Source of the DNA: Epithemia pelagica | Taxonomy: Eukaryota > Protista > Bacillariophyta | DNA length: 64,000 bases | NCBI GenBank assembly: GCA_946965045.2 | Contig: OX337231.1 | Coordinates: forward strand, 310,001 to 374,000 | Reading direction: 5' to 3' | In this document: piece by piece, positions 1 to 11,959 of the stretch | Position numbering within the stretch: position 1 is the first letter of the stretch | How the letters are laid out: each line of letters begins with the position of its first letter | Notes under the pieces: generated by a model | Told to the model about the DNA's origin: nothing | What the model saw: the letters and a program-made list of their open reading frames with translations, nothing else | Database searches by the model: none | Position numbers and translations under genes: made by a program

Positions 1-341
1 TTTCGGACATAGCTCAGCAACAAACACAACATGATCCACCAAATCAAAGCGAAGTGGGGCAACAGGAAGAAAGATCAACAGACACGCAAACAAGGCAAGT
101 TGAACCGGAAACAGCCGAACAACAGTCCACACAGAATGCATCTAAGTCTGCGAGAGATAAGGCAGCAGAAGCGGCGGAGATAGCGGCACAAGAGTTCCGT
201 GAGGACGTAGAAGAACTTGCAAACTGGGAATTCTACGATCCTGGAGAAACTTGGAGTACACCGGAGACCATAATGCACGGCGTAGATCTGTTCGACGAGG
301 GAGATGATCTATTCGATGCAAATACAGAATACGAATTGTGA
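1..341 (+). CDS. 3' end of a CDS entering from the left edge; acidic C-terminus, unknown product
   Basis: The frame of ORF 54..341 is open back to the window start (SDIAQQQTQHD...) and ends in TGA at 339-341. Convergent with the ORF at 435..1931. Confidence 0.4.
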   Translation, partial: SDIAQQQTQHDPPNQSEVGQQEERSTDTQTRQVEPETAEQQSTQNASKSARDKAAEAAEIAAQEFREDVEELANWEFYDPGETWSTPETIMHGVDLFDEGDDLFDANTEYEL

Positions 342-434
342 AGAAAATGTCATCGATAGAAGCAAGATTTAAGAAACTTATTTAGTATCTACTGGGAAAC
401 GAAATAGATTTGAGGTGTATTCGTAGAGATGGAA

Positions 435-1931
435 TCAAGCAAAATCATTTATATCTTGGAGAAGACTGGCTGGATCAGTTCGGATGGTCGTCCATTGAGA
501 CTCGGGATTGTCTTCATACTTGAACTTGGCTCCACCAACACAGCGGCATGTGTATTTGGAGACGGCACCATCCTTCCTAATTTCAACCACTTCCATAACA
601 GAGTGGTCTCCATGAAAGTACTGGGAACCAATCTTGATATGCATAGCGGCTTCTTGGTCAGCATCAAGAATGGACTCTTGGTCTTCTTCTTGTTCCTCAT
701 TATCGGACGACTCAGAGGTGCTATCATCAAGACGACGTCCTTCGAGTAATGCCCGAAGATTGGGGCACGGCGGAATGTTGGCCATCTTTCCTTCTTGAGT
801 TAAAAGATAATGGAACCTCTGGCAACCAACAGTCAATCGGACATTGAATGGAGAGAAGGCAAAGTCGACTCTGGACTCAAGGCAACGACGCTTAAATGGA
901 CGTTCTGTTTCATTGTCTTCCTTGCTTCCACCAACAACAGCGAGATTGTGTCCACGAAGAAGTGGTAAGCCATCACGTCCATCATCCAATCGGGGACGTC
1001 TCTCCGAAAAACCAACAGTAGCTCCGAGACCAAGCAACATACGGAGAATCTGGAGTTCTCCTTCCGACTTGAACCGAATAATGGCCGCGTTGAATGAGAT
1101 CTTGATCTTGGATCTGCGAAGATTTTGGTCGAGATGGAAGAAAGATTCCGACAAATTAATGGGGTGAGTATCGATAGAGGAAAGATAATTTGCGACAACA
1201 ATAATATAATGAATGGCCTCCATCGGTAGGTGTCCAATGGACAGGGACAAAACTTCTTTCTCTGAAGCTTGTCCAGACCTCTTGTTCAGGAGTTTGGACA
1301 AACCTTTCTGGAGCCCATAGAGTCCGTTCCAAATGCTTGTGTGAAGGCAGCGTTGGGGTACAATGGACGTCGTCGGTTTGATGTAGTCAGGGTGATCATT
1401 CGCAAATCCAAAATTGGCATTGTCAGGAAGGGGGCGAAGAATGCGCGTCTTGTAACCATTCTCGTACTTGTGGTCTTCCCAATAGCGGACAATGTAAACG
1501 TTGTAAAGCCCAGAAGCCCATGCATTTTTGGGTTGCGAAAGTTCGGAGATCGTGAAAACAAACGCAGGAAATAGGAAGGAGAGTTTGGCCGGGTTTGTTG
1601 TGTATGAGATCCAACATAAGTCTTGTGATTCGTAGAGTTCAACTTGATTCGCTCCAGGTCCATGGAGAAGGGAGGTAAAAGAATGGGAAGGGGGTTTGTA
1701 TTTTGACGGATCATTAGGCTTCTTGAATAGAGGATGAAACAACCGAATGCGAATGTCCCATTTGTTTTCTTCTTCTTCGTCCCATTGACGACATTCCAAA
1801 CGACCGACATAATCGATCCCTTTCTTCTTCAATACAACGAACGAACCAATTCGTAAGGTATCCTTGATGGAATTGTCAAAGTGGGCGATTTGGTTTGGGT
1901 AAACCGTTTGCTCATAAGGTTCCTCTGACAT
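435..1931 (-). CDS. Hypothetical 498-aa protein with a possible N-terminal BAH-like domain
   Basis: Long ATG-started ORF. The N-terminal pattern LRIGSFVVL..YVGRL..W..IRIRLF..ELYESQDLCWI resembles the BAH consensus by eye only. Confidence 0.6.
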   Translation of the reverse strand: MSEEPYEQTVYPNQIAHFDNSIKDTLRIGSFVVLKKKGIDYVGRLECRQWDEEEENKWDIRIRLFHPLFKKPNDPSKYKPPSHSFTSLLHGPGANQVELYESQDLCWISYTTNPAKLSFLFPAFVFTISELSQPKNAWASGLYNVYIVRYWEDHKYENGYKTRILRPLPDNANFGFANDHPDYIKPTTSIVPQRCLHTSIWNGLYGLQKGLSKLLNKRSGQASEKEVLSLSIGHLPMEAIHYIIVVANYLSSIDTHPINLSESFFHLDQNLRRSKIKISFNAAIIRFKSEGELQILRMLLGLGATVGFSERRPRLDDGRDGLPLLRGHNLAVVGGSKEDNETERPFKRRCLESRVDFAFSPFNVRLTVGCQRFHYLLTQEGKMANIPPCPNLRALLEGRRLDDSTSESSDNEEQEEDQESILDADQEAAMHIKIGSQYFHGDHSVMEVVEIRKDGAVSKYTCRCVGGAKFKYEDNPESQWTTIRTDPASLLQDINDFA

Positions 1932-2747
1932 GTTCGATTAGCCTCGTTTGGGAAGAGGTATGGATGGAGAAGAATGGATGCAACTATGATCTCGTATGTT
2001 GTCATTTAGACTCGTTGCCTCGGATGGAGGTATGGATGAGGCGCCGAGGATGTGGGTACCAGTCAGGAAATTAAGACATGTATATGACATTTTAATTAAC
2101 AAACATGACATGGACGGTGGAAGCTGGGGAGAAGTTACTTAAGCGCGCCGGGTGAGTGAATTTCGCGCGAGGCAGTCCAAATGACTCGTGTTGCACCTAA
2201 AATCGGAAATTTTGGGTGCGACAAATGCTGCTATTGCAGAACGCAATGCGAGAATGAGAACGAATTTGGTGGTTGCCGTTGCTGGCACCACCATGGAACA
2301 AAGAACTCCTGATGAGCACGCAACCCGCTTGGCATATCAAGATTGCTTTCTTGCATGGAAGACACAAAGGGAACAATCTGTCCATTGTCTCTGGCTCGCT
2401 AGCACCATTGGCTCTTGCTTCCACGCAATGGTTCTGAGCTAACTAGAAAACACCCACATGTTGGCATAGAAAAATACATGAGGGGGGAATGGAAAGAGCA
2501 AACACAATGAACACGTGCAATTCTATAGGTGATGGATTCGTTCAAAGTTGTTCTGTACCCGAAATGTGTTTTGTACATAATACCTTCCTAATGTTTGCTC
2601 CTTCATAGTCTATCGGCTTCTAGGTTGTCACAGTCTGGATGATTTGGTACTTCTGTTTCTCATGGTTGCCACCGAGTTTGTCTATTCAAAACGTCACTGT
2701 ACATGTAGGTACAAATCACAGTGTCGGTTGTGGTCTCTGGCCATTTC

Positions 2748-3915
2748 TCATCCCTTGGCGACCATGGCACAAAAGAAAATGTTCCAGACAATCGAAACCA
2801 TACAGGTAAAGAGGACTCGGAGGGATTCGGGAACGGCCTTGAAGGAAATCCATTGCGCCAGGGGCCACAGTGCGTATTGCGCTTGAATGGCCGCACCAAT
2901 CGTTTGCAGTCCATTGCTCGTCACGAGAGGCGCCAATTGTGGAACTATTCGAACCGAAAAAAAAACATGTTACAAAGAAACCAAGAATGTGAGTCATGTT
3001 CCATGTTCGGCAGGACCGTGCTAGAGTCCCTGATTGACACATACCTCGACCATAGGATGCCGCCGCACACAATTCGTAGGCAACAAAGTAGAGGGGATAA
3101 TAGACAAAGACACCAAGGCTTTGATCGAGGGCCAATTCGGCTCCAACGCGTTGATTGTCTGACCATTTTCGTTGCTGTTGTTGCAAGCCTTTACCAAACC
3201 GGGCAATGGTTTGATACCAATAATGCAAAAAGGGAGCGTTGAAGAAAAAGCCCGCCAAGACAAAACTCGCAGTCCGTGCTCCATCCCACACAAAGGATTG
3301 CCCGTGCCACAAGGCAAAGAGGCGTTGCGACAAGAGATCGCCCATGGCCTGAACGACGGCGGCCGAGAAGGATTTGGTAATGCGGGGCTTTTCCTGCAAC
3401 CATTTCATATAACAGGCCAAGGCTTTGGACAGAGTTTGTTGAACCGAGAGCGCTGGAGCACGTCGTTGTTGGCGCCGCCTCCAAGAAGGGGGAGCTTGCG
3501 GTGTGGACCAGATCCAGTCCGTGGCGTGGAGGGCAACCGATCCATCACTGGTCGACATTGCCGCCCCTGCCAACACCAAGGGGCGGGGGCTCGTCAACGC
3601 CGTCGTCAAGGGCACTGGGGAATTATTTCGGCTCTTCCGAAAGAAATGTCTTCGTGGTCGTTCTTCACCACGAATGAGATAGTAAGAGACTCCGCCCATT
3701 CCCACCGGTACAACTGGTTCATAGGCATAGCGAGACTTGGAGTTCGACGATGTCGCAGTGGTCGTCGTCGTTCGGGAAGGAGAAACTGGTTCCTTCGGAC
3801 GTTGAGAAACGCCTAGGGCGGCTCTTTGGTTCGAGAAACCATGAGTGACGGTAAGAGGATTAAGCGAAACGAAGAAAAGGAATAAAAAGGAGGAACTACC
3901 CAACACTGTTTTCAT
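2748..3915 (-). CDS. Mpv17/PMP22 family membrane protein, 2 exons (3915-3045, 2944-2748), probable plastid-type leader
   Basis: Motifs KPRITKSFSAAVVQAMGDLLSQ, RTASF..GFFFNAPFLHYWY, LALDQSL and, in exon 2, YALWPLAQWISFKAVP..RVLF..VSIVWNIF. GTATGT donor at 3044 and AG acceptor at 2945 join in frame (YGR|VPQL). Signal peptide followed by G|FS. Confidence 0.85.
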
Positions 3916-5022
3916 AACTTGGAAACGCAGACGGTCCCAACAACAACAACGAAAACGACAAGGATGAAATACGGAACGAATTCAGCACTGAATCAATGAA
4001 TGCTTCGACTGGCAATGTGAAAAGACAACACACCACACGATGTGATTGATTGCGTGTGATGATGGTTGTCTATTCTGGTTCTTGAATTGTTTGATTGTTT
4101 GGTATCATCCTCATCACAGCAGCATGGAACGTTCGAGCACACACCCAGGCCTTCGCCTTTGAAATTGTTCTTCTGCACAGACAAACCATGCAACGATACA
4201 TGGTTTGTGTGCCGGCACACCACCTCGTGGATTGTTCAGACAGTTGCACAACACCATCAAACCTTGGCGGGAGTGCATGGTCTTCCAAAATTCACTTGCC
4301 GCAGCCAAACCACCCGTCGGAAGGAGGAGGTGTCGCTTCGACTCGGTTCCGCGACTCCTCCGCCACTGGAAATTCCTTGTTCGGCAGTCCGGCACGCATG
4401 GCGTTCCAGCCCAATTCTCACGGTCAAGCGCTCGGGAGGGACCCTCAAATACGCCTCAACGGTTACTCCGTGAACCTTCTGTGAAATCCCTACGATACGC
4501 TTCCCAAACGAACTTTGTCAAACCGATCAAGAAGTTTGTTCAAGCGAAGATGGATCTACCACGTGGTACAAACTCTACACGTAAGCGAACAAGTGCAAGT
4601 CGAGTGCGTACTCGCCGTGGGCGGAGCAAAAGAATTCTTCGCCCTTACGCCAACATCTGCTACCCAAACGAACTCCAACAGGCACAAGGATAGTTTTTTA
4701 GTTATTCCAATCATCGTATGTGTGGGTGGAGCTTCTGTACCACAAATCCTTTGGGTTTCTGTTGCTTCGTTGCTATTCTCCATCTCCACAGCTCCTACTA
4801 GAAGGAATAGTTGTGGAGTCGTGAGCAGGGAGAACTAGTAGTATAATTGATAACCGTGCTATTCTAGATTGGAAACCATTTCTGCCTGTCGTTGTGGCCA
4901 CGGCAGGTTCCTGTTCTTTCCCCTGTAGAGCCTGTTACTAGCTAGAGATTGGAACGGTCCTTGTTTCATCCCCGGTTGGCCTCATACGTTCTCCTCAATG
5001 ATCGTGCCGTTGTCACCCCTCC

Positions 5023-5622
5023 TCATGCTGCTGGATGGTCCATGGTCCGTTTTTGATTTTCCTCGTCATTGTTACCCGTCGAATAATGGTCATCTTCTCC
5101 CTCGTTCCGAGGGACGGTGGAGGGACGAAATGGGAATGGTGGTATGATGGTTGGACATGGATCGCTCTTTGTATCCTTTGGACGGTGGGGACCACTTTCT
5201 GGCATCGAATCATTTGTTTCTCGGAAAGTGCTCGTTGTGGCGGAAGGTGTGTCCTGGTCTTTCTTGTTGTTGGTTGGTTGTTCCTTGTGGTGGTAGAGTC
5301 TCGACAAATGGATCAATGCCATGACGAGAACGAGTCCCACGGCAAGGCCCACAATGACAAACAAGGCAGTCGTGAGAAAGTTGAATGACAAGGTACCAAA
5401 GGAATCCTCCTCCTCCTCGGGCGACTTGCTTTCCTGTTGGTCGCCGTTGTCTAGACGTTGTGGTTCGGGGGAACTCGAGGGTGCTCCTCTTTCCAAGGAT
5501 GACCCACCACCGACTCGGCGAGCATGAATCAAGTCCATCATCAGCGAAATCGTGACGAAACGCAATTCCCATGTACGTTTCCATCCATGACACAAAGTAA
5601 CATTTGAGTTTGTTTGCATCAT
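5023..5622 (-). CDS. Single-pass membrane protein, copy 1; C-terminus frameshifted relative to copy 2
   Basis: TM segment FLTTALFVIVGLAVGLVLVMALIHL. The T-run near 5058 is one base shorter than in copy 2, giving NQKRTMDHPAA* instead of KSKTDHGPSSSMRS... Confidence 0.55.
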   Translation of the reverse strand: MMQTNSNVTLCHGWKRTWELRFVTISLMMDLIHARRVGGGSSLERGAPSSSPEPQRLDNGDQQESKSPEEEEDSFGTLSFNFLTTALFVIVGLAVGLVLVMALIHLSRLYHHKEQPTNNKKDQDTPSATTSTFRETNDSMPESGPHRPKDTKSDPCPTIIPPFPFRPSTVPRNEGEDDHYSTGNNDEENQKRTMDHPAA

Positions 5623-6339
5623 AATAATTTTTGGCTTTGGATGTCAACAATGAGAAGAACCAATGCACTCGGTGTTCAGATGTTTTGACGAAAGATGTGG
5701 TGTTTAGATTGTTTTGACGAAAGATCGCAATGTTGAGTTTGTGACGAAAGAATCGCCGGTCGGCTCCTTCTCCAAATCACTACTCAGCGGCTCACTTTTG
5801 GAAAGGCCTAATAATTTCGTACACAAAAGTCAATTGTAAGTTGTAGGGCATATATGGATAGGTGGGCAAAGTTTTTCTGTGTGTTGTTACGGGAAATCTC
5901 GCCTTGGAAACGAAACAGAGACACCAAACACCAACACGACGAGAATTCTTTGGCAGAGCAAACCAAAATCATATGCGCAAGTTTCGCTGACAAGCACCCA
6001 ACGATCAACTATGTTGAGCTTCAACTTGAATCGACGGAAAATGGTCGTATATTGGAAGACACTATCGTAATACCATCCCGAGGCTGGAGCAAATGCACAC
6101 CAGCGGTCACGTTCCGCGAAACAATCGCAACACCTTAAAGCCTATGATCATGGGAGTTAAAAAGTGTATTATTATAACATGATACTTTACTGTCCAGCAG
6201 GAGCACAGCTACATGAACAGTCCCATCTAGGAGTCTCGTGGAGTGCCTCGGGTGGATTTCTTTTGTACTGTCGCAATCAGGCTTCGCCATCCGTTCGTGT
6301 CAAAAGCTTTCGGTAACCCTCTAGAACAAACTGGGAATG

Positions 6340-8394
6340 TCATCCTAATGTCCATGATTGGAGAGCTTGTATTTGGGAATCGACAACTTCTTTTCTTTTT
6401 TCTGAAGCCAAATTCTTCCGATTGGGAACAATTTCCTCCAGCAATTCCAAGTCAACAAGAGCAATGCTATCACTTCCATCTTCTTTGGGAAGCTTGCATA
6501 CATGGCACCAGCGCAGGTCCGACCTCCTGTACATCAGGTTCTCCGCAGCATAACGCTCGAGTTCCGATTTAATATCCGCAAGGCAATTGCTGCATTCCTG
6601 GACGTTCGTCTCTAGTTGCAGAAGGTACGGCAACTGCAAAGCAGGAAGGCCATTCAGCGTGTGTGTTTTGACATCCTTGAGTTCTGGGAATAGTTTCTTC
6701 CAATTATCGAATTCTTTGTCACGGATTTTCTCGACCCTCCTGAAATCGTTGGCGTGTTCTTTTTTCCGTTCCTTTTCCGTGGCTTCATAGGATCGATCGT
6801 ATGGATATAACTTTATAGTGCAAAGCTTACCATCTGAGTTGCAGGCCAAGTAAACTTCCCCTACAGAGCCACCGCCCAGCTGGGCTAGCAAATAGAAACT
6901 TTTCGACTTGGATCCGGGAGGCTTGTTCACTAGTGGAAAGTTTGAGGATAATTTGGAGAATATGAGACCCTTTTCCGTCACTTTTGCGAAAATCCGAGCG
7001 CCAACATTGTCATTCGGTTTGACAATAGGAAGTTTCAATAGCGTATTCTCAAATGGTTGAGAGAAAGCGACCTTGAGCGCAAGGAAGAGAGCAAGTGGTA
7101 CATCCGCATTCCAAAACGTCTTGGAGCCGTAGATCTTTGCAGCAATGTCTCCACTTTCGTCAACATCAACCACAGTCTCGTTGTCTGTTGCCACTACGTC
7201 TTGTATTGAGATCCTTTCTTTCTGGGCACTGGTAGTCTCTTTGCTTTCCGTCGGCATCTCAGATCGCTGTGTGACAACGTCTGCGTCGCCCTCCATGGCA
7301 GCTTCTTCCAGCTTTGCCTTGTGATAATCTTGGAAATTTTCCAGTGAAACGATCCTGATACCATTGTATGTCATAATGGCACCGATTGGATGGGGTACAC
7401 CCAGCTGCTTCATTGTCATGAGGTTGTAAAAGACTTGTCCTGCTGCGATGGCGCTTTCAAACACTTGACCTGGTTTGGTCTCGGGAGCTTTCACTAAGGC
7501 ACAAAAGACAACTTTCCTGTTCCACGAAACGACAAGAATGTCTGGCCTTCTACCATACAATGAACTCTCCATATGTACACACAGGAGGTTTCGAAGACCA
7601 AGGCACCCAATCATATCCTGTACCAATTCCTTGCACCGGCATTGTACATCAATCTCATTCATGTACCGAATCTTGCCATCGTACGATATGTTGCTGTTCA
7701 CGTCAAGGCTACTTGCAATTTCATATACATCAGGGCTTCCCTCATTTTTCCGGTAGCGGGTAGGAATCAATTGACTTTTGATCGGAAACTCCGATGGTAC
7801 AACTTCTGCCTTCATCATTTCGTGTCCATGGACGCTGGGTTTGACTTGGGAGTGGAGGTTTATCGGAGGAAGACGAAGCTTTTGTTCGGGTGTGCCATAG
7901 GAATGATAATAAACCTTCTCAATTGAACGTGCCAAAAGGTTGCGCTTTTCTTTCATCTTTTGGGCTTGTTCCTTGCGTTGTTGAACAAGTTCCTTCTCCT
8001 TTTCAGCAAGTTTCTTTAGTTCTTCTTGTCGTTGCTTTAGTTGGACATATTCCTGGTCCTTTTCCACGTTTTGTTGGACAAGTTCCTTGTTTTGTTGGAC
8101 AAGTTCCTTGTTTTGTTGGGCAAGTTCCTCTATCATCTTCTTCAGCAACAACAAAACAGTCTTCTTGTCTTCCTTGTTGTAATGCTGCAGGACGAGATCA
8201 GCAATGTCGCTGATGGTGACTCCCTCATCTTTTCCATCTTGCAACTGGGAGAGTAGGATCTGAAGGGGATCCGTCTTTGCGGCTACTCGGAGCTTTTTCT
8301 TCGTGTCTTGTTCCGCTGACTCGGGCGAATCACGTTGCGTTTCTCCGCCATCAGTCGGAGGACTCTTTCGAATACCAGCATCTTCTTGGTCCAT
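6340..8394 (-). CDS. Crinkler(CR)-like protein: coiled coil + degenerate PD-(D/E)xK REase + kinase-like C-terminus, copy 1
   Basis: KELVQQN heptads; RPDILVV..FCALVK (the E of ExK is lost); LGGGSVGEVYLA, TIKLY, DLRWCHV, LVDLE. Confidence 0.75.
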   Translation of the reverse strand: MDQEDAGIRKSPPTDGGETQRDSPESAEQDTKKKLRVAAKTDPLQILLSQLQDGKDEGVTISDIADLVLQHYNKEDKKTVLLLLKKMIEELAQQNKELVQQNKELVQQNVEKDQEYVQLKQRQEELKKLAEKEKELVQQRKEQAQKMKEKRNLLARSIEKVYYHSYGTPEQKLRLPPINLHSQVKPSVHGHEMMKAEVVPSEFPIKSQLIPTRYRKNEGSPDVYEIASSLDVNSNISYDGKIRYMNEIDVQCRCKELVQDMIGCLGLRNLLCVHMESSLYGRRPDILVVSWNRKVVFCALVKAPETKPGQVFESAIAAGQVFYNLMTMKQLGVPHPIGAIMTYNGIRIVSLENFQDYHKAKLEEAAMEGDADVVTQRSEMPTESKETTSAQKERISIQDVVATDNETVVDVDESGDIAAKIYGSKTFWNADVPLALFLALKVAFSQPFENTLLKLPIVKPNDNVGARIFAKVTEKGLIFSKLSSNFPLVNKPPGSKSKSFYLLAQLGGGSVGEVYLACNSDGKLCTIKLYPYDRSYEATEKERKKEHANDFRRVEKIRDKEFDNWKKLFPELKDVKTHTLNGLPALQLPYLLQLETNVQECSNCLADIKSELERYAAENLMYRRSDLRWCHVCKLPKEDGSDSIALVDLELLEEIVPNRKNLASEKRKEVVDSQIQALQSWTLG

Positions 8395-9165
8395 ACTACT
8401 ATACTACTTTTTGCGATGCAGTCTCCAGCGACAGCGAGGACAGTGCTCTGTCGGTATTAGGAACGGGGTTTTGCCGATGAACAAATGACTTTGTTGGACT
8501 CTTTTGTTGTGTGGTCGTTGTTGGATGGTTTTGGATCGAACAGAACAGTGCTGAAAAACTTGGACCTTTGGTGTTTGCTGGAAAATCCAGGTTTTCTCGG
8601 TACGCCCAAGCGGATGAGGAGTCAGGAGCTTTCGTGACTCATCTCTGCTTCAAAATGGAATGCTCACCAGGTCTTCGTACGACACCTCCTCCGCTAGGGC
8701 GTAGCCTTTGCAAGATCGCTCCTTTTCTTTTCTTGGGTTTCTTCTCCTTCTTCCAACGCCCAGGATGGTGTGTCAGGATCCACACAATGAATGGTGACGA
8801 GAGACTGTTGGATGGATGTTATGGCAAGAACAAGAACAACATTAACCATCAAAGGAGCTTCCGAACGAACGATGCACTCTCGACTCTCGATTCTTCCACC
8901 TTCTGCTTCTGCGACTCAAACGCTTCCAATTTGTTGTCCTGAAAAGATCCAAAAATTCGATGAGAAATCGACGTCTTTGGACCTCTCTCGTCTTCGTTAC
9001 CAAACGTCCCCTCCTCTTTCCTCGTTGTTCCGCTTTCTCGCACAAAGAATAATAGAAGGCTTCCAGTCCAGCAGAAAAGAAAAAGAAAAAGAAGAAGGCG
9101 CTCGACAACCACCACACACTCTAAACAGTCCGTCGTCTTCTTCCAGAGTCGCTGACGAATCCAAA

Positions 9166-10266
9166 ATGACCACGACGAACCAGGCTGCACCGTCCAGTAC
9201 GCCACACCAACCATCTCCATGGGTGTCGTCCCAGCACACCACCAGTAGTAGTACTCGCAGTAATCGTAGTAGTAGTACTACAGGCATGGCAGCCATGACG
9301 GAGAATTACAATCAACAAAATGCCTCTCAATCCACCGCCTGGCCACATTTGCAGCCCTTGATGCAACAAGCCTTGCACGATTTATTGCTGCAACAACAAC
9401 AACAACAACAAGATTGCCACAACGAAACAACAACCACGACCACCTTTGCCGTGGCCGATTTGGGATGTGCCACGGGGGGCAATTCGATTGCACCCTTGTC
9501 CTACATTGCGCAAACCATCTTGGCGCCGTCGCAGTCTCCCAAACATGACGACGACAAGAAGGACAACCAACATGAGACTTCACCAAGGAGGAAATTTCAA
9601 CACTTGCAAATCTACTTGGTGGATTTGCCGTGCACGGCCTGGAATACGTTGGCCAATACCGTGACACGGCAAGCCCTCCTTCCCTTTCCTGAAAACAACA
9701 ACGACGACGACAACATGAATGATATTTGCATTGCCATGGTCCCTCGTTCCTTTTGTCAACCCACCACCACTCCGAATACTAAATTGCACATGTCCTATAG
9801 TTTGGTGGCAGTTCATTGGATGCAAGGTCATCCCTGTCCGATTGCCACGGGTTTGTATGCCACAGATCCCTTGCACAATTTCAATCCCCACGCATATCAA
9901 GCCTGGATCGACGCCGGTGCGGCCGATTAAAAGACCTTGGTCCAAGCCCGATACCAGGAATTGCACGTGGGAGGATATTTTGTGTGCACCGTGGCCTGTG
10001 CCAAGAAGGCCACGGGAGACTATCCCTGGTCTCGGGTGGGATATCTCGTCTACCAAGGCCTGTGTCAAGGCATTCGTCGTCGTAACAACCACCACAACAG
10101 CAGTCCAATCATCATTCAAATGGAGGACTTGTCATTGCCACGAGCCATTGAACAACTCTTGGAACAGGCCTATACCTCCTGCTTGGAACCGATTGCCGCC
10201 GATCCCGACACGTACAATTTGGATGTCGCCTTTTGGTATGTTTTGGCCCAAAAACTTGGCGACTAA
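9166..10266 (+). pseudogene. SABATH-type (SAM carboxyl) methyltransferase, copy 1, disrupted
   Basis: ADLGCATGGNS, VDLP..WNTL, VPRSF, SLVAVHWMQ, ARYQEL..GG. TAA at 9928-9930 where copy 2 has TGG, and a deletion of roughly 340 bp near 10137 relative to copy 2. Confidence 0.8.
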
Positions 10267-10630
10267 TAACAGCTATTCGTATATACACTGGAGGAGGAGG
10301 ATGGGCCACGCTCCACACGGCTCGCTGTCGATCCTTTTGCTGGTGCATGTTATAGGTATGTCGAGGAGATGGACGAGAGAAAGAAGCTGTAGGCGAAAAT
10401 CAGTCGTATAGTGAGAGAAATTGTTCCAGAATCCAACAAATCATGCGCAAAAAGTACACGTGACTCTCACTGATACAAGAGCTAGTAGAGTGCGGAACAC
10501 AGAGACAAAACCACGATTCGTCATCTTATCCGTAGACAGTTCTGCTCCGTATTTGAGACAATGCTCTCCTACATCCTTTTGCGTTCTTTGTCGTCCTTGC
10601 AATTGTCTATATGAGACACTCAAATTCCAC

Positions 10631-11723
10631 TTATCTCAAGCCCAACCGAGTTCTCATCCTTCTTCTCCAGGAGTTTCTTTTTGATTCTTCATCTATTCTA
10701 GATACGAGTTCTTGCTGGAATTCTTGTTCGTACTTGGGCGAACACCAAAGACTCTCATCGCCACCAACTCCGCCTAGTTCCTTTCGGAATTGCTTCAAAA
10801 CTACATCTGTCCCATTGGCTCCCATGGTTGTTGAGACGTGCTCCTTGGATGACAAGCTCGTCTAGCCTTTCGCTTTTGAGAGAGTCGATTTCCTCATTGA
10901 TCCTTTTTTCGTTCTTTTTCGTTGTTGCAATCTCTACATGGTAGTCAGCGTTCGCCAGGGGTCGTAGTACATATGCACCGTTGCCGAATATTACCTTCAT
11001 CAATTCTCAAGGCTTGCTTTCGCAAACGGAAGAGCTGCGATTGGTCTTTTTTGATCAGCACCCCGTGGCGGTGATAGGCTTCAGAGGATGGTTTAACTAA
11101 AACAAATAATCACACCACAGACTACCAAAGTACGAATCCCATGATGCAAAGTATAACATGAGAAGAAAGATGCCTCATTTTGTGAACGTACACGGGATCT
11201 GAGATGTTTGACGCCCCCATAGTCGATCTTCGATTCTTTTGACTTCCCTTTTCTCTGCCTCCCTCTCCTCCCGCTCAAACCGTTTCTGGTTTCTGTCTAT
11301 CCACCGAGTGGCCATGACTGCTCCACCGACGGTTGCAGCAGACGTTGCAATGGCAGAAACAACTGTTGCGACGTCCGCAAAGCTTCCAATCCGGTTTTTT
11401 AATTCTGCCCCAGCATCCCGTGAAGTGTCCGTCTGCGCAGTTTGGAAACAGTGTGGAACAAATGGCCGAACGTTTTGATTAGGCTCTCGCGAAGCCAACC
11501 AAGCGGCAATTCCATACTCGACTGACGAGGGCGAGGAGTATGAACGGTACAGCCGTGAATCTGCACTGTACGTGGTTGCGGATGGAGGAGGAGGAGAGAC
11601 AATCGATGGTCCTGATAAGACCAGACCACAAGCCAAATCCAAGCACCAAAAACCAAGGAGGAGGACTGCCGTCGCAAGGTACTTTGTCATTGGCATCATC
11701 ATCATCTTTGAACGGGGAGTCAC
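10631..11723 (-). pseudogene. Hypothetical secreted/TM protein, possibly frameshifted in its 3' part
   Basis: Signal-peptide-like N-terminus in ORF 11175..11723, candidate intron 11097-11191 (GTACGT..AG), and protein-like ORF fragments in shifted frames at 10755..11003 and 10631..10855. Confidence 0.35.
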
Positions 11724-11819
11724 ATGTCAAATGACAACTCGATCTCGAACCTCGAACATGTTTTTTTTCTTTTTTTTTTTGTCGTTTGTGCAAGAAAACG
11801 ACCGTTATACCATGTCGCA

Positions 11820-11959
11820 TGTGCGTCAGCGACAGGACACTCAGGTAGCTACACGTAGTCTAGCTAGATCACACTAGCTATGTCTAGGAGTCTGCCAACA
11901 GCAGCCATGGAGCTCAGAGTTTTTGGAGCAACGCAATCTCTATCAAGTTTGCTGTTGGT
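11820..11959 (+). repeat. Split direct repeat A1 (140 bp)
   Basis: Identical to 21855-21994. Confidence 0.97.

Larger units (their letters stand above)
4765..10340. repeat. Segmental duplication, copy 1 (direct repeat of ~24000-29950)
   Basis: Collinear, near-identical sequence and the same three genes (TM protein, kinase, methyltransferase) in both blocks. Boundaries are approximate. Confidence 0.95.

Noticed and set aside
3993-4838. Cluster of 70-160-aa ORFs
   Set aside because: Mutually overlapping, mostly non-ATG starts, and no domain or splice support.
5854-6138. Small ORF conserved in both duplicated blocks (also 25119..25421)
   Set aside because: Conservation is explained by the recent duplication, and the frames differ between copies.
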